In this document: in pieces, positions 30,062-44,840 of the stretch
Numbering within the stretch: position 1 is the first letter of the stretch
Layout of the letters: every line of letters begins with the position of its first letter
From: Obrimoposthia wandeli
Lineage: Eukaryota
Assembly: GCA_977020255.1 (NCBI GenBank)
Contig: CDROCS010001660.1
Span: 1-64,000, forward strand
Length of the DNA: 64,000 nt
Direction: 5' to 3'
Program-made: the position numbers and the translations under genes
Notes under the pieces: model-generated
The model's database searches: none
What the model saw: only the letters and a program-made list of their open reading frames with translations
Told to the model about the DNA's origin: nothing

Positions 30062-33000
30062 ATTGTGAAATTTAATTTTGAAAGCTCTATCATGCATTTC
30101 TCATAGCTATTATCATTCTTGTTTTGAACATCTATTTTTACTAATACTTCGTCACCAATATAACTGGGCTTGATATTGTTTACTTCTCCAGTTTCTTTTC
30201 TTCTTTGTTCTAATCTTGAGAGTCTGGTTTTCATAGCTTCTCTATCTTCAATATTTTGCCGATTCATTGATAAAGAAATATATTGAAGTTTTCTTTGGTC
30301 AAGTTACGTTATAACACTTTTTCGTCGACATATTCAGACATATTTTTTCTCTTGAAAACATGGAGATTACTTTCTTAATACGTCTTTTACTGCGACAAAT
30401 TTCTTCGCTGCTTTTGTTGATAAAAATTCTCGTACCCAAATGTGCTGAAACTTTACTTCTTCCACTTGCGTGAATTCGAAGAATATCTTTAAAACATTTA
30501 ATATACTGTCCAATTAAGTACTGTTCCGATGGCTTGACAAATTGAAGTAGTGTGATCGCCATGTTACATTCATTTCGAGTCAACACATTCATATTACCAA
30601 TTTATAGATATTGTTTCGTCCTTGACCTTGAATGATGATATTAAGTGATAATTCAGTAATTGAGCATATAATTCAAGCATATCAGTAGAATCACAATAAT
30701 AAATATAATATGTTAAAGGACCAAATATCAGGTATAACTATATTGATAAATAATCAGCATTAATTGTTGTGCAGAGGATATATTTATATATATATATATA
30801 GGATATAATTGAGCAATGCAAATATACCACACAATCACACATGCACCAGCATAAAGATTACCTAAAACCTGTAGGTCTGTAAACCATAGTTTATACGAGC
30901 TATTACATCTCCCTCAGAATTTAAAATGTTTTTATCCATTCTATATTTTTTACTTTACTTATTCCATTGTGCAATTTAATTTTGAAAGCTCTATCATGCA
31001 TTTCTCATAGCTATTATCATTCTTGTTTTGAACATCTATTTTTACTAATACTTCGTCACCAATATAACTGGGCTTGATATTGTTTACTTCTCCAGTTTCT
31101 TTTCTTCTTTGTTCTAATCTTGAGAGTCTGGTTTTCATAGCTTCTCTATCTTCAATATTTTGCCGATTCATTGATAAAGAAATATATTGAAGTTTTCTTT
31201 GGTCAAGTTACGTTATAACACTTTTTCGTCGACATATTCAGACATATTTTTTCTCTTGAAAACATGGAGATTACTTTCTTAATACGTCTTTTACTGCGAC
31301 AAATTTCTTCGCTGCTTTTGTTGATAAAAATTCTCGTACCCAAAATGTGCTGAAACTTTACTTCTTCCACTTGCGTGAATTCGAAGAATCTCTGAATATC
31401 TTTAAAACATTTAATATACTGTCCAATTAAGTACTGTTCCGATGGCTTGACAAATTGAAGTAGTGTGATCGCCATGTTACATTCATTTCGAGTCAACACA
31501 TTCATATTACCAATTTATAGATATTGTTTCGTCCTTGACCTTGAATGATGATATTAAGTGATAATTCAGTAATTGAGCATATAATTCAAGCATATCAGTA
31601 GAATCACAATAATAAATATAATATGTTAAAGGACCAAATATCAGGTATAACTATATTGATAAATAATCAGCATTAATTGTTGTGCAGAGGATATATTTAT
31701 ATATATATATATAGGATATAATTGAGCAATGCAAATATACCACACAATCACACATGCACCAGCATAAAGATTACCTAAAACCTGTAGGTCTGTAAACCAT
31801 AGTTTATACGAGCTATTACATCTCCCTCAGAATTTTAAAATGTTTTTATCCATTCTATATTTTTTACTTTACTTATTCCATTGTGCAATTTAATTTTGAA
31901 AGCTCTATCATACATTTCTCATAGATATTATCATTCTTGTTTTGAACATCTATTTTTACTAATACTTCGTCACCAATATAACTGGGCTTGATATTGTTTA
32001 CTTCCCCAGTTTCTTTTCTTCTTTGTTCTAATCTTGAGAGTCTGGTTTTCATAGCTTCTCTATCTTCAATATTTTGCCGATTCATTGATAAAGAAATATA
32101 TTGAAGTTTTCTTTCAGTCAAGTTACGTTATAACACTTTTTCGTCGACATATTCAGACATATTTTTTCTCTTGAAAACATGGAGATTACTTTCTTAATAC
32201 GTCTTTTACTGCGACAAATTTCTTCGCTGCTTTTGTTGATAAAAATTCTCGTACCCAAATGTGCTGAAACTTTACTTCTTCCACTTGCGTGAATTCGAAG
32301 AATCTCTGAATATCTTTAAAACATTTAATATACTGTCCAATTAAGTACTGTTCCGATGGCTTGACAAATTGAAGTAGTGTGATCGCCATGTTACATTCAT
32401 TTCGAGTCAACACATTCATATTACCAATTTATAGATATTGTTTCGTCCTTGACCTTGAATGATGATATTAAGTGATAATTCAGTAATTGAGCATATAATT
32501 CAAGCATATCAGTAGAATCACAATAATAAATATAATATGTTAAAGGACCAAATATCAGGTATAACTATATTGATAAATAATCAGCATTAATTGTTGTGCA
32601 GAGGATATATTTATATATATATATATAGGATATAATTGAGCAATGCAAATATACCACACAATCACACATGCACCAGCATAAAGATTACCTAAAACCTGTA
32701 GGTCTGTAAACCATAGTTTATACGAGCTATTACATCTCCCTCAGAATTTAAAATGTTTTTATCCATTCTATATTTTTTACTTTACTTATTCCATTGTGCA
32801 ATTTAATTTTGAAAGCTCTATCATGCATTTCTCATAGCTATTATCATTCTTGTTTTGAACATCTATTTTTACTAATACTTCGTCACCAATATAACTGGGC
32901 TTGATATTGTTTACTTCTCCAGTTTCTTTTCTTCTTTGTTCTAATCTTGAGAGTCTGGTTTTCATAGCTTCTCTATCTTCAATATTTTGCCGATTCATTG

Positions 33001-36000
33001 ATAAAGAAATATATTGAAGTTTTTTCAAGTTACGTTATAACACTTTTTCGTCGACATATTCAGACATATTTTTTCTCTTGAAAACATGGAGATTACTTTC
33101 TTAATACGTCTTTTACTGCGACAAATTTCTTCGCTGCTTTTGTTGATAAAAATTCTCGTACCCAAATGTGCTGAAACTTTACTTCTTCCACTTGCGTGAA
33201 TTCGAAGAATCTCTGAATATCTTTAAAACATTTAATATACTGTCCAATTAAGTACTGTTCCGATGGCTTGACAAATTGAAGTAGTGTGATCGCCATGTTA
33301 CATTCATTTCGAGTCAACACATTCATATTACCAATTTATAGATATTGTTTCGTCCTTGACCTTGAATGATGATATTAAGTGATAATTCAGTAATTGAGCA
33401 TATAATTCAAGCATATCAGTAGAATCACAATAATAAATATAATATGTTAAAGGACCAAATATCAGGTATAACTATATTGATAAATAATCAGCATTAATTG
33501 TTGTGCAGAGGATATATTTATATATATATATATATATAGGATATAATTGAGCAATGCAAATATACCACACAATCACACATGCACCAGCATAAAGATTACC
33601 TAAAACCTGTAGGTCTGTAAACCATAGTTTATACGAGCTATTACATCTCCCTCAGAATTTAAAATGTTTTTATCCATTCTATATTTTTTACTTTACTTAT
33701 TCCATTGTGCAATTTAATTTTGAAAGCTCTATCATACATTTCTCATAGATATTATCATTCTTGTTTTGAACATCTATTTTTACTAATACTTCGTCACCAA
33801 TATAACTGGGCTTGATATTGTTTACTTCCCCAGTTTCTTTTCTTCTTTGTTCTAATCTTGAGAGTCTGGTTTTCATAGCTTCTCTATCTTCAATATTTTG
33901 CCGATTCATTGATAAAGAAATATATTGAAGTTTTCTTTGGTCAAGTTACGTTATAACACTTTTTCGTCGACATATTCAGACATATTTTTTCTCTTGAAAA
34001 CATGGAGATTACTTTCTTAATACGTCTTTTACTGCGACAAATTTCTTCGCTGCTTTTGTTGATAAAAATTCTCGTACCCAAATGTGCTGAAACTTTACTT
34101 CTTCCACTTGCGTGAATTCGAAGAATCTCTGAATATCTTTAAAACATTTAATATACTGTCCAATTAAGTACTGTTCCGATGGCTTGACAAATTGAAGTAG
34201 TGTGATCGCCATGTTACATTCATTTCGAGTCAACACATTCATATTACCAATTTATAGATATTGTTTCGTCCTTGACCTTGAATGATGATATTAAGTGATA
34301 ATTCAGTAATTGAGCATATAATTCAAGCATATCAGTAGAATCACAATAATAAATATAATATGTTAAAGGACCAAATATCAGGTATAACTATATTGATAAA
34401 TAATCAGCATTAATTGTTGTGCAGAGGATATATTTATATATATATATATAGGATATAATTGAGCAATGCAAATATACCACACAATCACACATGCACCAGC
34501 ATAAAGATTACCTAAAACCTGTAGGTCTGTAAACCATAGTTTATACGAGCTATTACATCTCCCTCAGAATTTAAAATGTTTTTATCCATTCTATATTTTT
34601 TACTTTACTTATTCCATTGTGCAATTTAATTTTGAAAGCTCTATCATACATTTCTCATAGATATTATCATTCTTGTTTTGAACATCTATTTTTACTAATA
34701 CTTCGTCACCAATATAACTGGGCTTGATATTGTTTACTTCCCCAGTTTCTTTTCTTCTTTGTTCTAATCTTGAGAGTCTGGTTTTCATAGCTTCTCTATC
34801 TTCAATATTTTGCCGATTCATTGATAAAGAAATATATTGAAGTTTTCTTTGGTCAAGTTACGTTATAACACTTTTTCGTCGACATATTCAGACATATTTT
34901 TTCTCTTGAAAACATGGAGATTACTTTCTTAATACGTCTTTTACTGCGACAAATTTCTTCGCTGCTTTTGTTGATAAAAATTCTCGTACCCAAATGTGCT
35001 GAAACTTTACTTCTTCCACTTGCGTGAATTCGAAGAATCTCTGAATATCTTTAAAACATTTAATATACTGTCCAATTAAGTACTGTTCCGATGGCTTGAC
35101 AAATTGAAGTAGTGTGATCGCCATGTTACATTCATTTCGAGTCAACACATTCATATTACCAATTTATAGATATTGTTTCGTCCTTGACCTTGAATGATGA
35201 TATTAAGTGATAATTCAGTAATTGAGCATATAATTCAAGCATATCAGTAGAATCACAATAATAAATATAATATGTTAAAGGACCAAATATCAGGTATAAC
35301 TATATTGATAAATAATCAGCATTAATTGTTGTGCAGAGGATATATTTATATATATATATATAGGATATAATTGAGCAATGCAAATATACCACACAATCAC
35401 ACATGCACCAGCATAAAGATTACCTAAAACCTGTAGGTCTGTAAACCATAGTTTATACGAGCTATTACATCTCCCTCAGAATTTTAAATTATTTTATCCA
35501 TTCTATATTTTTTTACTTTACTTATTCCATTGTGCAATTTAATTTTGAAAGCTCTATCATGCATTTCTCATAGCTATTATCATTCTTGTTTTGCACATCT
35601 ATTTTTACTAATACTTCGTCACCAATATAACTGGGCTTGATATTGTTTACTTCTCCAGTTTCTTTTCTTCTTTGTTCTAATCTTGAGAGTCTGGTTTTCA
35701 TAGCTTCTCTATCTTCAATATTTTGCCGATTCATTGATAAAGAAATATATTGAAGTTTTCTTTGGTCAAGTTACGTTATAACACTTTTTCGTCGACATAT
35801 TCAGACATATTTTTTCTCTTGAAAACATGGAGATTACTTTCTTAATACGTCTTTTACTGCGACAAATTTCTTCGCTGCTTTTGTTGATAAAAATTCTCGT
35901 ACCAAAATGTGCTGAAACTTTACTTCTTCCACTTGCGTGAATTCGAAGAATCTCTGAATATCTTTAAAACATTTAATATACTGTCCAATTAAGTACTGTT

Positions 36001-39000
36001 CCGATGGCTTGACAAATTGAAGTAGTGTGATCGCCATGTTACATTCATTTCGAGTCAACACATTCATATTACCAATTTATAGATATTGTTTCGTCCTTGA
36101 CCTTGAATGATGATATTAAGTGATAATTCAGTAATTGAGCATATAATTCAAGCATATCAGTAGAATCACAATAATAAATATAATATGTTAAAGGACCAAA
36201 TATCAGGTATAACTATATTGATAAATAATCAGCATTAATTGTTGTGCAGAGGATATATTTATATATATATATATATAGGATATAATTGAGCAATGCAAAT
36301 ATACCACACAATCACACATGCACCAGCATAAAGATTACCTAAAACCTGTAGGTCTGTAAACCATAGTTTATACGAGCTATTACATCTCCCTCAGAATTTA
36401 AAATTATTTTATCCATTCTATATTTTTTACTTTACTTATTCCATTGTGCAATTTAATTTTGAAAGCTCTATCATGCATTTCTCATAGCTATTATCATTCT
36501 TGTTTTGAACATCTATTTTTACTAATACTTCGTCACCAATATAACTGGGCTTGATATTGTTTACTTCTCCAGTTTCTTTTCTTCTTTGTTCTAATCTTGA
36601 GAGTCTGGTTTTCATAGCTTCTCTATCTTCAATATTTTGCCGATTCATTGATAAAGAAATATATTGAAGTTTTCTTTGGTCAAGTTACGTTATAACACTT
36701 TTTCGTCGACATATTCAGACATATTTTTTCTCTTGAAAACATGGAGATTACTTTCTTAATACGTCTTTTACTGCGACAAATTTCTTCGCTGCTTTTGTTG
36801 ATAAAAATTCTCGTACCCAAATGTGCTGAAACTTTACTTCTTCCACTTGCGTGAATTCGAAGAATCTCTGAATATCTTTAAAACATTTAATATACTGTCC
36901 AATTAAGTACTGTTCCGATGGCTTGACAAATTGAAGTAGTGTGATCGCCATGTTACATTCATTTCGAGTCAACACATTCATATTACCAATTTATAGATAT
37001 TGTTTCGTCCTTGACCTTGAATGATGATATTAAGTGATAATTCAGTAATTGAGCATATAATTCAAGCATATCAGTAGAATCACAATAATAAATATAATAT
37101 GTTAAAGGACCAAATATCAGGTATAACTATATTGATAAATAATCAGCATTAATTGTTGTGCAGAGGATATATTTATATATATATATATATAGGATATAAT
37201 TGAGCAATGCAAATATACCACACAATCACACATGCACCAGCATAAAGATTACCTAAAACCTGTAGGTCTGTAAACCATAGTTTATACGAGCTATTACATC
37301 TCCCTCAGAATTTAAAATGTTTTTATCCATTCTATATTTTTTACTTTACTTATTCCATTGTGCAATTTAATTTTGAAAGCTCTATCATACATTTCTCATA
37401 GATATTATCATTCTTGTTTTGAACATCTATTTTTACTAATACTTCGTCACCAATATAACTGGGCTTGATATTGTTTACTTCCCCAGTTTCTTTTCTTCTT
37501 TGTTCTAATCTTGAGAGTCTGGTTTTCATAGCTTCTCTATCTTCAATATTTTGCCGATTCATTGATAAAGAAATATATTGAAGTTTTCTTTGGTCAAGTT
37601 ACGTTATAACACTTTTTCGTCGACATATTCAGACATATTTTTTCTCTTGAAAACATGGAGATTACTTTCTTAATACGTCTTTTACTGCGACAAATTTCTT
37701 CGCTGCTTTTGTTGATAAAAATTCTCGTACCCAAATGTGCTGAAACTTTACTTCTTCCACTTGCGTGAATTCGAAGAATCTCTGAATATCTTTAAAACAT
37801 TTAATATACTGTCCAATTAAGTACTGTTCCGATGGCTTGACAAATTGAAGTAGTGTGATCGCCATGTTACATTCATTTCGAGTCAACACATTCATATTAC
37901 CAATTTATAGATATTGTTTCGTCCTTGACCTTGAATGATGATATTAAGTGATAATTCAGTAATTGAGCATATAATTCAAGCATATCAGTAGAATCACAAT
38001 AATAAATATAATATGTTAAAGGACCAAATATCAGGTATAACTATATTGATAAATAATCAGCATTAATTGTTGTGCAGAGGATATATTTATATATATATAT
38101 ATAGGATATAATTGAGCAATGCAAATATACCACACAATCACACATGCACCAGCATAAAGATTACCTAAAACCTGTAGGTCTGTAAACCATAGTTTATACG
38201 AGCTATTACATCTCCCTCAGAATTTTAAATTATTTTATCCATTCTATATTTTTTACTTTACTTATTCCATTGTGCAATTTAATTTTGAAAGCTCTATCAT
38301 ACATTTCTCATAGATATTATCATTCTTGTTTTGAACATCTATTTTTACTAATACTTCGTCACCAATATAACTGGGCTTGATATTGTTTACTTCTCCAGTT
38401 TCTTTTCTTCTTTGTTCTAATCTTGAGAGTCTGGTTTTCATAGCTTCTCTATCTTCAATATTTTGCCGATTCATTGATAAAGAAATATATTGAAGTTTTC
38501 TTTGGTCAAGTTACGTTATAACACTTTTTCGTCGACATATTCAGACATATTTTTTCTCTTGAAAACATGGAGATTACTTTCTTAATACGTCTTTTACTGC
38601 GACAAATTTCTTCGCTGCTTTTGTTGATAAAAATTCTCGTACCCAAATGTGCTGAAACTTTACTTCTTCCACTTGCGTGAATTCGAAGAATCTCTGAATA
38701 TCTTTAAAACATTTAATATACTGTCCAATTAAGTACTGTTCCGATGGCTTGACAAATTGAAGTAGTGTGATCGCCATGTTACATTCATTTCGAGTCAACA
38801 CATTCATATTACCAATTTATAGATATTGTTTCGTCCTTGACCTTGAATGATGATATTAAGTGATAATTCAGTAATTGAGCATATAATTCAAGCATATCAG
38901 TAGAATCACAATAATAAATATAATATGTTAAAGGACCAAATATCAGGTATAACTATATTGATAAATAATCAGCATTAATTGTTGTGCAGAGGATATATTT

Positions 39001-42000
39001 ATATATATATATATATAGGATATAATTGAGCAATGCAAATATACCACACAATCACACATGCACCAGCATAAAGATTACCTAAAACCTGTAGGTCTGTAAA
39101 CCATAGTTTATACGAGCTATTACATCTCCCTCAGAATTTAAAATGTTTTTATCCATTCTATATTTTTTACTTTACTTATTCCATTGTGCAATTTAATTTT
39201 GAAAGCTCTATCATGCATTTCTCATAGCTATTATCATTCTTGTTTTGAACATCTATTTTTACTAATACTTCGTCACCAATATAACTGGGCTTGATATTGT
39301 TTACTTCTCCAGTTTCTTTTCTTCTTTGTTCTAATCTTGAGAGTCTGGTTTTCATAGCTTCTCTATCTTCAATATTTTGCCGATTCATTGATAAAGAAAT
39401 ATATTGAAGTTTTCTTTGGTCAAGTTACGTTATAACACTTTTTCGTCGACATATTCAGACATATTTTTTCTCTTGAAAACATGGAGATTACTTTCTTAAT
39501 ACGTCTTTTACTGCGACAAATTTCTTCGCTGCTTTTGTTGATAAAAATTCTCGTACCCAAATGTGCTGAAACTTTACTTCTTCCACTTGCGTGAATTCGA
39601 AGAATCTCTGAATATCTTTAAAACATTTAATATACTGTCCAATTAAGTACTGTTCCGATGGCTTGACAAATTGAAGTAGTGTGATCGCCATGTTACATTC
39701 ATTTCGAGTCAACACATTCATATTACCAATTTATAGATATTGTTTCGTCCTTGACCTTGAATGATGATATTAAGTGATAATTCAGTAATTGAGCATATAA
39801 TTCAAGCATATCAGTAGAATCACAATAATAAATATAATATGTTAAAGGACCAAATATCAGGTATAACTATATTGATAAATAATCAGCATTAATTGTTGTG
39901 CAGAGGATATATTTATATATATATATATATAGGATATAATTGAGCAATGCAAATATACCACACAATCACACATGCACCAGCATAAAGATTACCTAAAACC
40001 TGTAGGTCTGTAAACCATAGTTTATACGAGCTATTACATCTCCCTCAGAATTTTAAATTATTTTATCCATTCTATATTTTTTACTTTACTTATTCCATTG
40101 TGCAATTTAATTTTGAAAGCTCTATCATGCATTTCTCATAGCTATTATCATTCTTGTTTTGAACATCTATTTTTACTAATACTTCGTCACCAATATAACT
40201 GGGCTTGATATTGTTTACTTCTCCAGTTTCTTTTCTTCTTTGTTCTAATCTTGAGAGTCTGGTTTTCATAGCTTCTCTATCTTCAATATTTTGCCGATTC
40301 ATTGATAAAGAAATATATTGAAGTTTTCTTTGGTCAAGTTACGTTATAACACTTTTTCGTCGACATATTCAGACATATTTTTTCTCTTGAAAACATGGAG
40401 ATTACTTTCTTAATACGTCTTTTACTGCGACAAATTTCTTCGCTGCTTTTGTTGATAAAAATTCTCGTACCAAAATGTGCTGAAACTTTACTTCTTCCAC
40501 TTGCGTGAATTCGAAGAATCTCTGAATATCTTTAAAACATTTAATATACTGTCCAATTAAGTACTGTTCCGATGGCTTGACAAATTGAAGTAGTGTGATC
40601 GCCATGTTACATTCATTTCGAGTCAACACATTCATATTACCAATTTATAGATATTGTTTCGTCCTTGACCTTGAATGATGATATTAAGTGATAATTCAGT
40701 AATTGAGCATATAATTCAAGCATATCAGTAGAATCACAATAATAAATATAATATGTTAAAGGACCAAATATCAGGTATAACTATATTGATAAATAATCAG
40801 CATTAATTGTTGTGCAGAGGATATATTTATATATATATATATAGGATATAATTGAGCAATGCAAATATACCACACAATCACACATGCACCAGCATAAAGA
40901 TTACCTAAAACCTGTAGGTCTGTAAACCATAGTTTATACGAGCTATTACATCTCCCTCAGAATTTTAAATTATTTTATCCATTCTATATTTTTTACTTTA
41001 CTTATTCCATTGTGCAATTTAATTTTGAAAGCTCTATCATGCATTTCTCATAGCTATTATCATTCTTGTTTTGAACATCTATTTTTACTAATACTTCGTC
41101 ACCAATATAACTGGGCTTGATATTGTTTACTTCTCCAGTTTCTTTTCTTCTTTGTTCTAATCTTGAGAGTCTGGTTTTCATAGCTTCTCTATCTTCAATA
41201 TTTTGCCGATTCATTGATAAAGAAATATATTGAAGTTTTCTTTGGTCAAGTTACGTTATAACACTTTTCGTCGACATATTCAGACATATTTTTCTCTTGA
41301 AAACATGGAGATTACTTTCTTAATACGTCTTTTACTGCGACAAATTTCTTCGCTGCTTTTGTTGATAAAAATTCTCGTACCCAAATGTGCTGAAACTTTA
41401 CTTCTTCCACTTGCGTGAATTCGAAGAATCTCTGAATATCTTTAAAACATTTAATATACTGTCCAATTAAGTACTGTTCCGATGGCTTGACAAATTGAAG
41501 TAGTGTGATCGCCATGTTACATTCATTTCGAGTCAACACATTCATATTACCAATTTATAGATATTGTTTCGTCCTTGACCTTGAATGATGATATTAAGTG
41601 ATAATTCAGTAATTGAGCATATAATTCAAGCATATCAGTAGAATCACAATAATAAATATAATATGTTAAAGGACCAAATATCAGGTATAACTATATTGAT
41701 AAATAATCAGCATTAATTGTTGTGCAGAGGATATATTTATATATATATATATATAGGATATAATTGAGCAATGCAAATATACCACACAATCACACATGCA
41801 CCAGCATAAAGATTACCTAAAACCTGTAGGTCTGTAAACCATAGTTTATACGAGCTATTACATCTCCCTCAGAATTTTAAATTATTTTATCCATTCTATA
41901 TTTTTTACTTTACTTATTCCATTGTGCAATTTAATTTTGAAAGCTCTATCATGCATTTCTCATAGCTATTATCATTCTTGTTTTGAACATCTATTTTTAC

Positions 42001-44489
42001 TAATACTTCGTCACCAATATAACTGGGCTTGATATTGTTTACTTCTCCAGTTTCTTTTCTTCTTTGTTCTAATCTTGAGAGTCTGGTTTTCATAGCTTCT
42101 CTATCTTCAATATTTTGCCGATTCATTGATAAAGAAATATATTGAAGTTTTCTTTGGTCAAGTTACGTTATAACACTTTTCGTCGACATATTCAGACATA
42201 TTTTTTCTCTTGAAAACATGGAGATTACTTTCTTAATACGTCTTTTACTGCGACAAATTTCTTCGCTGCTTTTGTTGATAAAAATTCTCGTACCCAAATG
42301 TGCTGAAACTTTACTTCTTCCACTTGCGTGAATTCGAAGAATCTCTGAATATCTTTAAAACATTTAATATACTGTCCAATTAAGTACTGTTCCGATGGCT
42401 TGACAAATTGAAGTAGTGTGATCGCCATGTTACATTCATTTCGAGTCAACACATTCATATTACCAATTTATAGATATTGTTTCGTCCTTGACCTTGAATG
42501 ATGATATTAAGTGATAATTCAGTAATTGAGCATATAATTCAAGCATATCAGTAGAATCACAATAATAAATATAATATGTTAAAGGACCAAATATCAGGTA
42601 TAACTATATTGATAAATAATCAGCATTAATTGTTGTGCAGAGGATATATTTATATATATATATATATAGGATATAATTGAGCAATGCAAATATACCACAC
42701 AATCACACATGCACCAGCATAAAGATTACCTAAAACCTGTAGGTCTGTAAACCATAGTTTATACGAGCTATTACATCTCCCTCAGAATTTTAAATTATTT
42801 TATCCATTCTATATTTTTTACTTTACTTATTCCATTGTGCAATTTAATTTTGAAAGCTCTATCATGCATTTCTCATAGCTATTATCATTCTTGTTTTGAA
42901 CATCTATTTTTACTAATACTTCGTCACCAATATAACTGGGCTTGATATTGTTTACTTCTCCAGTTTCTTTTCTTCTTTGTTCTAATCTTGAGAGTCTGGT
43001 TTTCATAGCTTCTCTATCTTCAATATTTTGCCGATTCATTGATAAAGAAATATATTGAAGTTTTCTTTGGTCAAGTTACGTTATAACACTTTTTCGTCGA
43101 CATATTCAGACATATTTTTTCTCTTGAAAACATGGAGATTACTTTCTTAATACGTCTTTTACTGCGACAAATTTCTTCGCTGCTTTTGTTGATAAAAATT
43201 CTCGTACCCAAATGTGCTGAAACTTTACTTCTTCCACTTGCGTGAATTCGAAGAATCTCTGAATATCTTTAAAACATTTAATATACTGTCCAATTAAGTA
43301 CTGTTCCGATGGCTTGACAAATTGAAGTAGTGTGATCGCCATGTTACATTCATTTCGAGTCAACACATTCATATTACTAATTTATAGATATTGTTTCGTC
43401 CTTGACCTTGAATGATAATATTAAGTGATAATTCAGTAATTGAGCATATAATTCAAGCATATCAGTAGAATCACAATAATAAATATAATATGTTAAAGGA
43501 CCAAATATCAGGTATAACTATATTGATAAATAATCAGCATTAATTGTTGTGCAGAGGATATATTTATATATATATATATATATATATAGGATATAATTGA
43601 GCAATGCAAATATACCACACAATCACACATGCACCAGCATAAAGATTACCTAAAACCTGTAGGTCTGTAAACCATAGTTTATACGAGCTATTACATCTCC
43701 CTCAGAATTTTAAATTATTTTATCCATTCTATATTTTTTACTTTACTTATTCCATTGTGCAATTTAATTTTGAAAGCTCTATCATGCATTTCTCATAGCT
43801 ATTATCATTCTTGTTTTGAACATCTATTTTTACTAATACTTCGTCACCAATATAACTGGGCTTGATATTGTTTACTTCTCCAGTTTCTTTTCTTCTTTGT
43901 TCTAATCTTGAGAGTCTGGTTTTCATAGCTTCTCTATCTTCAATATTTTGCCGATTCATTGATAAAGAAATATATTGAAGTTTTCTTTGGTCAAGTTACG
44001 TTATAACACTTTTTCGTCGACATATTCAGACACCGACATCGAACTTTTCTTAAGCTCCAATGTAGCTGTCAAATTTTGCTCTAACGTTGTTTTTTCTTGA
44101 AAACATGGAGATTACTTTCTTAATACGTCTTTTACTGCGACAAATTTCTTCGCTGCTTTTGTTGATAAAAATTCTCGTACCCAAATGTGCTGAAACTTTA
44201 CTTCTTCCACTTGCGTGAATTCGAAGAATCTCTGAATATCTTTAAAACATTTAATATACTTTCCAATTAAGTACTGTTCCGATGGCTTGACAAATTGAAG
44301 TAGTGTGATCGCCATGTTACATTCATTTCGAGTCAACACATTCATATTACCAATTTATAGATATTGTTTCGTCCTTGACCTTGAATGATGATATTAAGTG
44401 ATAATTCAGTAATTGAGCATATAATTCAAGCATATCAGTAGAATCACAATAATAAATATAATATGTTAAAGGACCAAATATCAGGTATA
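30062..44489 (-). repeat. Tandem array of about 16 units of about 913 bp derived from the 3' end of a Gypsy LTR retrotransposon
   Basis: ORF MNRQNIEDREAMK... recurs 16 times at 912-914-bp spacing. The unit has an RNaseH-end-like TELSLNIIIQGQGRNN, integrase-like AHLG and IGDEVLVK...KVKNIEWIKTF*, then PPT GAGGGAGA + TGTAATAGC LTR start and a variable (TA)n. Confidence 0.9.
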
Positions 44490-44840
44490 TATATACCGAA
44501 TTCAGAGAGTCTCACAGTAAACGGAGCTCTGGAGATTTGGGCTTCGGGTCGTCTTCGGCACTCAATCTCGTTGTATCGATATTTGCCTACAATCCAGCTG
44601 AATGAGTCACTACAGAAAAATCACTGGAACATGTCTTTTTTACCGAGATGCCACTTGCCCATTCCTATTTGAAATTCTGAATATACCCATCAGCTTTGTA
44701 TATGATGTCAAATATTGAATATAATTATTTGAACTCTTCCGAAGCTGTGAATATTTAAACGTTCTTTGATACAAAGCAGTATTGTTCTCCAATTTGTAAT
44801 ATTTTATACTCCAATTCATTAAATTTCCGTTCATTTCAAA
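44490..44840 (-). mobile_element. Probable upstream continuation of the Gypsy pol remnant
   Basis: Unique sequence abutting the last array unit; degraded coding-like frames (LMNWSIKYYKLE). Confidence 0.3.

Noticed and set aside
30062-44489. CRISPR-like array or functional multigene cluster
   Set aside because: Units are about 913 bp and nearly identical with no unique spacers; the short ORFs are broken Gypsy pol fragments.
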